Source: Oligoflexia bacterium
Lineage (GTDB): Bacteria; Bdellovibrionota; Bdellovibrionia; JABDDW01
Reading direction: 5' to 3'
Assembly (NCBI GenBank): GCA_043732305.1
Contig: JAYTHU010000157.1
Span: 1 to 11,134 of the forward strand
Length of the DNA stretch: 11,134 nucleotides
Shown: positions 1 to 7,726 of the stretch, piece by piece
How the letters are laid out: the number at the start of each line of letters is the position of its first letter
How positions within the stretch are numbered: position 1 is the stretch's first letter
Notes under the pieces: generated by a model
The model's database searches: none
Seen by the model: only the letters and a program-made list of their open reading frames with translations
What the model was told of the DNA's origin: nothing
Made by a program: the position numbers and the translations under genes

Positions 1-1
1 T

Positions 2-109
2 ATTTTAAGACGAGGTGGCATCTCGACAATCGCCCAAGCCATTCGAAACTTTGGATACGACAAAAGAAAACTTTTCTCGTTTATTGGATTAAATCTTGCA
101 GCGCAATAA
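2..109 (+). CDS. 3' end of a probable ISAs1-family transposase (partial, runs off the window start)
   Basis: Frame from base 2 reads ILRRGGISTIAQAIRNFGYDKRKLFSFIGLNLAAQ* (TAA 107-109). This resembles, from recall, the C-terminal helix pattern of ISAs1 transposases, and a plausible terminal IR follows immediately. Confidence 0.5.
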   Translation: MLRRGGISTIAQAIRNFGYDKRKLFSFIGLNLAAQ

Positions 110-122
110 TGAATTAGCCGTG
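108..122. mobile_element. Candidate right terminal inverted repeat of the IS
   Basis: AATGAATTAGCCGTG abuts the stop codon and resembles ISAs1-type right ends (...AATGAA-N3-GCCCTG). The partner IR is outside the window. Confidence 0.4.
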
Positions 123-195
123 AGGCCTTAGCCGTCCCTATATCGCCTTACGCTTAAATTAAATTTGGTAACTTGAAGAACGCGGGTAAATAAAA

Positions 196-1449
196 ATGAG
201 TAAATACTCTCTAATTGTCGGAAATTTTGCCTTAATCATCATTTTTATTACAGCATATTACTTTTTGGCACAGATGAAGCACGATAACAGTCTCGCCCAA
301 TTGGAAGGAAATTTAACTAAATACCTTCAGCAAAACGATATTCTCCAAGCCGGTGAGTTCTTGAAGTTAGCAACATTAAATGGAGTTGTGTCTTGTGCCG
401 AGATTGCCGAAATTTCGGGGACCACAATTTATAAAGGGGCCGACGATTGTCCGCGAAAATTTTCTTTTACATCCCAGATTTTAGGCTGGCGCACATTTAT
501 TCTTCCAAGGATTGGCGATCTTGAAATATTTGGGACAGTACAGGTCGAGCGTGCGGTCACAATCAGTTTTATAATAGTTCTATTGTGCATAAGTTCCGTT
601 TTTTCATATTTCGTGGTTATCAGAAAGAATGAAAAGAACCGGGAACAACAATTGATAGTTCATACGGTCTTTGATTCCGTCGAGTCAATGTTAGTGAGTA
701 ACCAAACAAGTGCACCCGTTTGGCTAACCAAAGAGTTTCCAGAAATAGAAAATGATTGGCAAAAGATTACTGGACAGTGGAAACAGATTTCAAATGAAAT
801 GAAATACTTCCAGAATTTTAAAAATAATAATGAGCTTTCAAAACAGTTGGCCCACGATTTAAGAACTCCTCTCGCTGCTTTAAAGACGGCTGTTTCTTTG
901 AGAGTAGAAGATCACATTAATCTTGTGAACGGCGCAATTAAAAGGCTCGAGCAAATTATTGCCGATGTGCTGACCCCACAAACACGAAACGATATGAGCA
1001 GCATTTACGATGCCGTTCACGATACGATCGGAGAAATGAAGCTTGAAACTCAGAAAATGCATCCCCAAGTTAATATTGTTATCAATGGCAATGATGATCT
1101 TTCAAAACACTATCTCGTGCCCCCATCGCCTATTTATAGAATTGTTAGCAATTTGATGAAAAATGCCAATGAGGCCATTTGCGCCTCTGGAGTTGGCGGA
1201 ACCATACGCATTCAGTTGTTTGCTGATTCTACGATTCCTTTGCGCATTTCTGATGATGGGCCAGGTCTTCCTGAAGTCGTTAAGAGTACTTTGTTTCACA
1301 AGCCAGTTACAGTTGGGAAGAAGAACGGTAATGGCCTGGGATTGCTAATAGTGCGGCAACTTGCTGAAGAGCTCGGGTGGAAGACAGAGTGTAAATCAGA
1401 GCATGGCAAAACAGTCTTTTCTTTTTTCGATAACAATTTAAAAACATAA
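196..1449 (+). CDS. Membrane-bound sensor histidine kinase (HisKA + HATPase_c)
   Basis: Two hydrophobic segments (about aa 6-24 and 122-142) flank a periplasmic domain. H-box LAHDLRTPL, N-box NLMKNANEA, G1 ISDDGPG, G2 GNGLGL. Confidence 0.93.
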   Translation: MSKYSLIVGNFALIIIFITAYYFLAQMKHDNSLAQLEGNLTKYLQQNDILQAGEFLKLATLNGVVSCAEIAEISGTTIYKGADDCPRKFSFTSQILGWRTFILPRIGDLEIFGTVQVERAVTISFIIVLLCISSVFSYFVVIRKNEKNREQQLIVHTVFDSVESMLVSNQTSAPVWLTKEFPEIENDWQKITGQWKQISNEMKYFQNFKNNNELSKQLAHDLRTPLAALKTAVSLRVEDHINLVNGAIKRLEQIIADVLTPQTRNDMSSIYDAVHDTIGEMKLETQKMHPQVNIVINGNDDLSKHYLVPPSPIYRIVSNLMKNANEAICASGVGGTIRIQLFADSTIPLRISDDGPGLPEVVKSTLFHKPVTVGKKNGNGLGLLIVRQLAEELGWKTECKSEHGKTVFSFFDNNLKT

Positions 1450-1566
1450 TTGATTTGAATTTTTAGAATGTGACTCGACTCCGGAAAGTAGTTGTGCACA
1501 TAGATCATGCAAAATGCAAAGGCGTTTTATGTCAGGTGGATTTACCGAAAAGAGCGCGATCTTAAC

Positions 1567-1746
1567 AATCTTGACGGGTTTTGGTTTGATATCAACATCA
1601 TCTCCAATTCCTAGCGGTCCAGATACAAATTCAATGAGAAGTTTGCATTTAGGATGGACGTAATGTCGACCTGTTCCCTTTTTGAATCCGATAGAAGCCA
1701 TGACCTCAGGAGTGACATCATCGGCATAATTGGGGGAGACGATTCC
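1567..1746 (-). pseudogene. Internal fragment of a nucleotidyltransferase-like protein, fused in frame to the wHTH remnant
   Basis: IVSPNYADDVTPEVMASIGFKKGTGRHYVHPKCKLLIEFVSGPLGIG resembles the segment following the DxD motif in a minimal-NTase-like family (M..LGF.K.GRH..HP...VEF..GPL.IG). The GG..S/DxD N-terminus and the C-terminus are absent. Confidence 0.5.
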
Positions 1747-1962
1747 AGGCCGCCTTCGCGAATGAAAAATATTTTCTTTTTCTTTAATAGAAATGGATTC
1801 AAAGGCAACGAATAATCTCTTTTGTTGGTTTCGAAATTGAGATTTTGGATTAAACGAGTAGATGCGGGACTGATCAATCACTTTGGAAATGAGAATGCCT
1901 GCACACTCGAAGCGATTGAGCTGTTGAATCACGGGAGTCAGTGACACACCAAAGCCCTGTGT
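1747..1962 (-). pseudogene. N-terminally truncated winged helix-turn-helix protein
   Basis: TQGFGVSLTPVIQQLNRFECAGILISKVIDQSRIYSFNPK...HSRRRP shows a recognition helix, wing and basic RRRP tail. The frame is closed upstream by TGA at 1983-1981, so the first helices are missing. Confidence 0.55.
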
Positions 1963-1964
1963 CG

Positions 1965-2369
1965 TTAAAATCCCAATGAATCAACTAGCAAGTGCCTATA
2001 CTTAGGAAGCTCGGATAGGCGTGTATGTTCATCCATAGCTCTGTTCATAAAATCATCGAGACCCGGTATGTCCTCATATTTTTGTAGAGGACTGTTAATG
2101 AAAAATTTGATCAGGTTAAGTCCCTCTTCGATTATTTGAGGGTAATCTTCGGGTTCAATTCCCAAACGTTGCGACCAAGCCCATTTATTGTAAAATTTTT
2201 GCGTCTCACGCTCTTTTTCAGAGAAATCTGGATATTTTTTCCACCAATGCACTTCCACCGCTCTGCAATAGATGCTCGTGGCAATGAGACCAATAGCTTT
2301 ATATTTTTCCACAGCCGAAAGATCTTCTAAAAAAACTTCATTGATTTTATCGAGATAAATTCCATTCAT
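1965..2369 (-). CDS. Hypothetical 134-aa protein, candidate immunity/antitoxin
   Basis: ATG overlaps the upstream RES-like stop (ATGA at 2369-2366). The protein is small, soluble, and rich in acidic and aromatic residues. The immunity role is inferred from position only. Confidence 0.7.
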   Translation of the reverse strand: MNGIYLDKINEVFLEDLSAVEKYKAIGLIATSIYCRAVEVHWWKKYPDFSEKERETQKFYNKWAWSQRLGIEPEDYPQIIEEGLNLIKFFINSPLQKYEDIPGLDDFMNRAMDEHTRLSELPKYRHLLVDSLGF

Positions 2370-2587
2370 GGCGCGTCCTTAAAAAGGGAAAGATTTTTTC
2401 CATAAACAGCTTCCGCGGACAACCCAATAATTCCATTATATCCTTTTCTCCAAGCCAAGTATCCTAAGATGTTAGGGCTTTCATAGGCTCGCTCACTCAG
2501 TTTCCTATTTGTTGCAATGTCTTCAGTCGTTAGACCTAACTTGTGCAATACCCCGTCGTCAGTTAGATTCCACAGTTTGGTGTAAGA
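2366..2587 (-). pseudogene. C-terminal half of a RES-domain (ADP-ribosyltransferase/NADase-like) toxin, out of frame with the upstream lipoprotein
   Basis: Open frame SYTKLWNLTDDGVLHKLGLTTEDI...YESPNILGYLAWRKGYNGIIGLSAEAVYGKNLSLF matches the RES motifs LDLTD..LG, Y...Q.IG..A...G..GI...SA and G.NL.LF. It has no convincing start of its own and is bounded by TGA at 2590-2588. Confidence 0.65.
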
Positions 2588-3578
2588 TCATATCCTCCCA
2601 TTCTGCTGAACTTAGTTTCACTCGTTTTTTCTTAGTGTTGGATTTAGTTTTGTCTTTACCTTTTATTAGTGCTTTTGCGGCTGTAGCGAGATCAAACGGA
2701 ACTTTTTTAGAGAACAAAATAATTTCTTTGGCGACTCCCTGCATTTCAAACGTCGGCTCGATTTTTAAATTACGAAAGGTTTGGTATCTGTTTGCAATTT
2801 CGTCGGCGGTCGAGAACTCAACATGGTCCGGAACTTTGCCCGTGGAAATGTATGCAAGTACTCCATCCATCACAGCCAATTCCAATATGTAATTCAGCTC
2901 AAGAGAGTCAATGGACTTGAGTTCTTTTCTGGAAGACTGGGCAAAATTGAGAAGGTATTTTCCAAGTTCTGGTTGTAAATCTTTGATTGCGTTTGAGAGA
3001 AATAAATCTGGATTGACCCAATTTGATAAAACATTGTCATCGAGTGTGCGAGAAGCTTCATTGTAGATTCTATCCCAATCTTGCGGCTCCACCAGCGGTG
3101 TCATTTCCGTTTCTGATGTTAGAAGTTTCAAAGCCAGCCAAGACATATCGAGATTTAGTTTTCCGCTTGAACTGTTGCCACTGGCAAAATCGTCATTGGC
3201 TTGCCTTAAGTAGATTTGGCCCGCAAAATAAAGTTGTTTCTGCTCTGTTTCAATAGTTTTTCCACTACCTGAATCTTGACTCAATTTTTCATAAGCCTCT
3301 TGGGTTTTCAAGAGGCTATTCGAAATTAAATTCTCATTTTTTTTAACATCCACAAATTTAGACAAGGCTATTGCGAGCCTTAGATTGGCGTTTGCATTTT
3401 CACGCTCTATATCGTTTATATTTTGTTGCATTTTTTTATTGTCATCCTCGGCCTGACGAATAATTTCGTCAGCTTGTTTTGCATTGGCCGCCGTTACATC
3501 TTTCGGATTTTGACAGCCCACAAGTGCATAACCCATGGCCCAAATAAAACTCATAGTTAAAACAAACTTCAAACTCAT
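2559..3578 (-). CDS. Predicted lipoprotein with N-terminal coiled coil, likely the carrier portion of a polymorphic toxin
   Basis: Signal peptide with lipobox LVG-C22, then an E/Q/N/K-rich helical region and a K-rich linker near the C-terminus. Starts 1 nt after the peptidase stop. Confidence 0.8.
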   Translation of the reverse strand: MSLKFVLTMSFIWAMGYALVGCQNPKDVTAANAKQADEIIRQAEDDNKKMQQNINDIERENANANLRLAIALSKFVDVKKNENLISNSLLKTQEAYEKLSQDSGSGKTIETEQKQLYFAGQIYLRQANDDFASGNSSSGKLNLDMSWLALKLLTSETEMTPLVEPQDWDRIYNEASRTLDDNVLSNWVNPDLFLSNAIKDLQPELGKYLLNFAQSSRKELKSIDSLELNYILELAVMDGVLAYISTGKVPDHVEFSTADEIANRYQTFRNLKIEPTFEMQGVAKEIILFSKKVPFDLATAAKALIKGKDKTKSNTKKKRVKLSSAEWEDMILHQTVESN

Positions 3579-3579
3579 C

Positions 3580-4344
3580 TCATTCTCTTTTTAAAACCCA
3601 AAAGTCATTGGCCAAATCATTTTTAGAAATCAAGTAATCATAGGGGAGTGTGAAGTAACCGGCTTGGCCCCATGTTGATCCCCAAGAATTCCGAACGATG
3701 AACCGCTTGGAAGTATCGTCATAGCCCACAGCCATAACTGCGTGGCCACCAAGAACCGTCTCGCCAGGCAAAGGCAAATCAACAACTCCACTTGCTGCAA
3801 CGGCGGCAGATTCAAAACCTGAGTAAACTTGAAATCCAAATACAAATGGAAGTCCAGAGGCCAACGCAGCTTTCATACCTTCAAGTGAGGTGATACGCTC
3901 ATAACTTTCAATTTTATGTCCAAGTCCATCTGTGTAGGCAGCTGCAGAAGGTTTCTCAAATATCCGGTCAGTTTTGTAGGGCCATAAATTTTCATGACAA
4001 ACGCCGAGTTTATTTAAACTCTTAACGCCGTCACGCAATTGCGCACCAGAATCTTGAGAAACAGTCCCTTCAATCTCTCGCTCATTGAAATAGATAAATA
4101 GGCGGGACAGCATGCCTGCGCGCGAATCCTTTGAGATTTCCAAAAAGTCCATCGCACCGGCCAGTGCTTGAGATGTGCAGCTTCCCATTTGCCCTTGGTC
4201 CATTACCGGAGGACAAGCAGATCTTAAATCCACATGTGCCGGCAAGGCCGGCATGAGGGTGAGTGATTGAGGGATATAGATTTTATCCCGGGGATCAAAT
4301 TTGTCTTTTTTCCAATTATAGCGTTTGGGGATATTCTTTTTCAT
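3580..4344 (-). CDS. Papain-like cysteine peptidase, family C1A (xylellain-like)
   Basis: DQGQMGSCTSQA (oxyanion Gln, catalytic Cys), GGHAVMAVGY (His), IVRNSWG (Asn), LSRLFIYFNER and WGQAGYF. ATG at 4344 is preferred over TTG at 4386 because a sigma54 site lies between them. Confidence 0.93.
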   Translation of the reverse strand: MKKNIPKRYNWKKDKFDPRDKIYIPQSLTLMPALPAHVDLRSACPPVMDQGQMGSCTSQALAGAMDFLEISKDSRAGMLSRLFIYFNEREIEGTVSQDSGAQLRDGVKSLNKLGVCHENLWPYKTDRIFEKPSAAAYTDGLGHKIESYERITSLEGMKAALASGLPFVFGFQVYSGFESAAVAASGVVDLPLPGETVLGGHAVMAVGYDDTSKRFIVRNSWGSTWGQAGYFTLPYDYLISKNDLANDFWVLKRE

Positions 4345-4357
4345 AACTGAGGGTATG

Positions 4358-4373
4358 AGCAATGGATGTGCCA
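4358..4373 (-). promoter_or_regulatory. Sigma54 (RpoN) -24/-12 promoter
   Basis: Minus strand TGGCAC-ATCCA-TTGCT is an exact match to TGGCAC-N5-TTGCW, oriented toward the peptidase. Predicted +1 near 4347. Confidence 0.8.
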
Positions 4374-4420
4374 CCTTTGTATCCAATAGGGTGCTTAAGA
4401 GTTACCAGATGCAAAATAGC

Positions 4421-4446
4421 TTGCCCTTATCTAAGGTAAAGGGCAA
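4421..4446. repeat. Inverted repeat TTGCCCTT-N10-AAGGGCAA, a candidate activator or regulator site
   Basis: Perfect 8-bp arms at 4421-4428 and 4439-4446 in the divergent intergenic region, centred about 86 bp upstream of the predicted sigma54 start. Confidence 0.45.
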
Positions 4447-4500
4447 AAAACATTGCCTCAAAAAGTAGACAGTTTTAGCAATGTCCGATATCTAAAGAAG

Positions 4501-5421
4501 GTGCAAATAAAACCCCTGTTCATTCTGTTTATGCTTCTGATATCGGCGTCATCGGCTCGCGCGGCTATCGATGCCATCTATTTGCTCGATCAAACAGAAA
4601 CTTTGCAAATCACTCAAAGAGCTCAGCAGCAATTGGGTTACGCTAGCGGTTACATTGTTTCTGATATTGAAGGGGCAACTCTTATCTCTCCTTTTTTTGA
4701 AATTGGGGCTAGAGTTCGCCTGCTGGCTCGTTACGGGGGAGTCATCACGAGCAGTCTCGCCGCTCTGGTGAATGCCACAGGAATTTCTGCTCCACCAAGC
4801 AGTTCAACCACGGATAATTATTTTTCCTTCGGCGGATATGATCGCCCTATGATTCGCGCCCGCCAATTGGTTTATGGAAATTTTGATTACGGAAGATGGT
4901 ACTTAGTTGATCTTGGTTTAGCCGCGTTCAATGCGGCCGGTTACACGTCGGAACTTTTTCGCTATTGGAGTTCGAGAGTGGGATTTCACGAATCACTTCA
5001 AGGTGGATGGGTGGACACCGAACTTGAAGTGGCCATGACATTGCGTTCACTCACGCAGTTTGCTCAACCAAGTAATTTGGGATTGATATTTCCACCCACG
5101 GTAGATGGGTCTATTGGTTTTCGAAAAAACGTAGCTGGCAAATTTCCTATTTCAACAGATATTAAATTTGAACAAGCACTTGTCAGCACTCAACTTGCTG
5201 GAGCCTATGATCCTTCAAGCGTTCCACCTTTGGGCGCTCCAACTTATTTTGTTTTCAAAGCTTCTGCTGGCTGGAAAATTGGCAATAGTGATCAGATTAT
5301 TTTCACCTATGCCAATCGTGTTTATAGATGGCCAGACAATGATAGCTCCGCACTTTGGGAGTTTTTCGAAGAAGGATTCTACGGACAAAGTTACGCTTTA
5401 GCTTGGCGAGGCCAATGGTGA
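4501..5421 (+). CDS. Exported hypothetical protein, probable outer-membrane beta-barrel
   Basis: GTG at 4501 gives a clean signal peptide (MQIKPLFILFMLLISASSARA-). Amphipathic aromatic strands and a C-terminal YALAWRGQW resembling a BAM beta-signal. Confidence 0.7.
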   Translation: MQIKPLFILFMLLISASSARAAIDAIYLLDQTETLQITQRAQQQLGYASGYIVSDIEGATLISPFFEIGARVRLLARYGGVITSSLAALVNATGISAPPSSSTTDNYFSFGGYDRPMIRARQLVYGNFDYGRWYLVDLGLAAFNAAGYTSELFRYWSSRVGFHESLQGGWVDTELEVAMTLRSLTQFAQPSNLGLIFPPTVDGSIGFRKNVAGKFPISTDIKFEQALVSTQLAGAYDPSSVPPLGAPTYFVFKASAGWKIGNSDQIIFTYANRVYRWPDNDSSALWEFFEEGFYGQSYALAWRGQW

Positions 5422-6524
5422 AACAAAATATATTTCTAGATCACATTTTTATCATGGCAAGTTTTTTAATTTCGTTTTATGCCGTTGATTCTCTCGCCAT
5501 CACTTATGGGGCTTATCGAACGACTGCGCAAGGTAGCGCCCGAGCTATTTCTCAAGGCGGTGCCTTTGCTGCGGAAGAAAACGACGCGAGTAGTATTTGG
5601 ATTGTTCCGGCCATGCTTCCACTCACCATTCATGAAGTGGATATGGTTTTCACCCAAGGACAAGCATTCTCAAAAGAACCCACTCCACAGAATGGAGGAC
5701 AGGCCGTTTACATTTCTTCTTCCACAACGGTTTCTCTCGCTTATACCTTTAACAAAACTCTTTCAATGGCTGTTGGTTACGGCACGCCCTATTCGATCGG
5801 AGCTGGCAATCCAAGTTTTTCTGACAGTGCCTTGAGCATCAGTGATTTGCGATTCTCTTTGGGTTATCGATTTCCTTTCGGGCTTGCCATTGCGCCGCTG
5901 ATAAGTTTTAAAAATGCTTCAGAGAAATACGGCGGATATATTGATGGCTCAGGAAACATGACCGGCGGAGAACAAATTGTTTCTGCAGTCGATATGGGTT
6001 TGTCTATTGCTTGGCAAAATTCCCCATCGATGATCATGAGCTTAAGTTGGGAGCAGCCGCGCACTTTCAACATGTTCAATTCAAATTTTCTGACGGCACT
6101 AGGCAATGGTATTCAGCCGGCAAAAATTCCATCACTTTTAAGATACGGTGCGAGTCTAAAAATTCCTGATATTAAAATGATGATCACTTCACAATTAGAT
6201 TTATGGACGGACACTGCAGGACTTTCGGATTTCATCGACTCCCAATTTACCACTCAGCAAACCAATTCTGTGAATCAGGCACTGTTGGTTCCTAGGGTTG
6301 GGTTGGAATATCAGTTTGTGGATAGATTTTGGGTCAACGCTTGGGTTAGAACCGGCGGTTACGTAGAGCAAGCGACTGTGCAGCAGCAATCTACTCGTGG
6401 TCATTGGACTCTTGGCGTAGAATCAAAGCTTTGGATTTTTGATTTCACATTTGGTTACGACAATGCCGCAGGTTATGCCAACGCGGTCACTTCGGCCGGA
6501 ATTTCATTGACCGATTATTTATAA
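5415..6524 (+). CDS. FadL/OmpP1/PorV-like outer-membrane beta-barrel protein
   Basis: The start (ATG 5415 or GTG 5418) overlaps the upstream stop. A signal peptide is followed by SARAISQGGAFAAEENDASSIWIVPAML (cf. ARA.GMGGA..A...DASA..WNPAGL), with later PRVGLEY and RTGGY strands. Confidence 0.75.
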   Translation: MVKQNIFLDHIFIMASFLISFYAVDSLAITYGAYRTTAQGSARAISQGGAFAAEENDASSIWIVPAMLPLTIHEVDMVFTQGQAFSKEPTPQNGGQAVYISSSTTVSLAYTFNKTLSMAVGYGTPYSIGAGNPSFSDSALSISDLRFSLGYRFPFGLAIAPLISFKNASEKYGGYIDGSGNMTGGEQIVSAVDMGLSIAWQNSPSMIMSLSWEQPRTFNMFNSNFLTALGNGIQPAKIPSLLRYGASLKIPDIKMMITSQLDLWTDTAGLSDFIDSQFTTQQTNSVNQALLVPRVGLEYQFVDRFWVNAWVRTGGYVEQATVQQQSTRGHWTLGVESKLWIFDFTFGYDNAAGYANAVTSAGISLTDYL

Positions 6525-6536
6525 AAAAACCATAAT
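6507..6536 (+). promoter_or_regulatory. Candidate sigma70 promoter giving a leaderless transcript
   Basis: TTGACC (6507-6512), 18-nt spacer, CATAAT (6531-6536), then 6 nt and ATG at 6543. No Shine-Dalgarno sequence. Confidence 0.55.
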
Positions 6537-6542
6537 TAATGC

Positions 6543-7091
6543 ATGAATGAAACTTTAAAAGTGATCATCGGACTTTTGTTAGGCATAGCCGTCATCATGT
6601 TTGCGATGCCTCCGCATTCTGTTTGCGATTCTAAGAAAGACGCGTACACGGAAGAAATCACGCCACTCGGAAAACAATTTGCCAAATTGCTTTCTAAATG
6701 CAAGGAACACACGGAGCCTGGAGGTTGCGTGCAACTTTTTGAGTTGATTCGAAAGCTAGAAGATTCGCTGGCTCAAGTGGGGGTGCAGTGTCGTCCCGCA
6801 CTTTCCAAAGACAAACTCACTCTGATGTGGATTTCGAGCTCGATGGAAATTTTTGCCAGAGCCGCCTGGGGATCCAAAGCTCCCGCCAATCGCAATGCTC
6901 GTTATGGGTGGCTTGATCTTGCTCAAGTCGGCAGGTTCTGCAAACTCAAAGCTTCAATGATAGAAATCTCAGGTGATGACGCTTGGTCCGGATTTGTGAA
7001 TCAAATTTTGGGAGATCTTCCCGGAGCTGCTGATCTAGGCCGAGACGAATCTTGGGCTCGCAGTTTATTGTCCGACCCCTGCAAATTTTAG
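6543..7091 (+). CDS. Hypothetical membrane-anchored protein with six cysteines
   Basis: N-terminal hydrophobic helix (VIIGLLLGIAVIMFAM), then PPHSVC and a helical domain with 6 Cys in total. Its stop overlaps the convergent rdgB stop. Confidence 0.8.
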   Translation: MNETLKVIIGLLLGIAVIMFAMPPHSVCDSKKDAYTEEITPLGKQFAKLLSKCKEHTEPGGCVQLFELIRKLEDSLAQVGVQCRPALSKDKLTLMWISSSMEIFARAAWGSKAPANRNARYGWLDLAQVGRFCKLKASMIEISGDDAWSGFVNQILGDLPGAADLGRDESWARSLLSDPCKF

Positions 7092-7726
7092 TTTTTATTT
7101 TCAATCAAAAATGAACGAGCTTGTCTAAGAGCTTGAGCTCTATGGCTGAGGCGATTTTTCATTGCCATACCAAGTTCAGCCAATGTTTTGGTTTCGTTCT
7201 CGGGAATAAACACTGGATCATAGCCAAATCCAGTTTTTCCGCGCATGTCTTTGCTGATAGTGCCCTTCAGTAAACCTTCAAATATTTTTTCTGCTTTAGC
7301 GGCCTCAGGGTTTCCCTCGGTGAGTGGGGGCAACAGACAAATCACGCATTTGAAAAACGCGGTTCTATCAATCACATTTTGAATATGCAATTGGCGAACA
7401 AGCTTTGCGGTATTCTCAATGTCACGTGCGGTAGGCCCAGCATAGCGTGCCGAAAACACACCTGGAAGATTTTTAAGTGCAGGCAATTCAAGACCCGAGT
7501 CATCAGCAAGAACCCATGAATCATGTTTGAGAGCGTGAAGAGATTTTGCTTTGATGCGGGCATTATCTAAAAATGTCGCGCCGTTTTCAACGGGCACAGA
7601 GTAATGAGGCATTTCAAAAGCGCCATGCACTTCTAAGCCTGTCTCTTTCAAAAGTTCTTTGATCTCTTTAAATTTATCTCGATTATGTGTGGCTACCCAT
7701 AATTGTTTTGATTCAGTTTGACTCAT
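7088..7726 (-). CDS. rdgB: Non-canonical purine NTP pyrophosphatase (RdgB/HAM1 family)
   Basis: [35 protein letters not shown] and KNRLSHR motifs. ATGA overlap with rph. Confidence 0.96.
   Translation of the reverse strand: MSQTESKQLWVATHNRDKFKEIKELLKETGLEVHGAFEMPHYSVPVENGATFLDNARIKAKSLHALKHDSWVLADDSGLELPALKNLPGVFSARYAGPTARDIENTAKLVRQLHIQNVIDRTAFFKCVICLLPPLTEGNPEAAKAEKIFEGLLKGTISKDMRGKTGFGYDPVFIPENETKTLAELGMAMKNRLSHRAQALRQARSFLIENKN

Noticed and set aside
2366..2548. Stand-alone 60-aa gene starting at TTG 2548
   Set aside because: RES-like similarity continues upstream of the TTG (LWNLTD), so it is a fragment rather than an independent gene.
4345..4500. ORF-track TTG starts at 4386 and 4453 (likewise 5355 and 11103)
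   Set aside because: Promoter position, signal-peptide placement, stop/start coupling and an open upstream frame favour 4344, 4501, 5415/5418 and an out-of-window start respectively.
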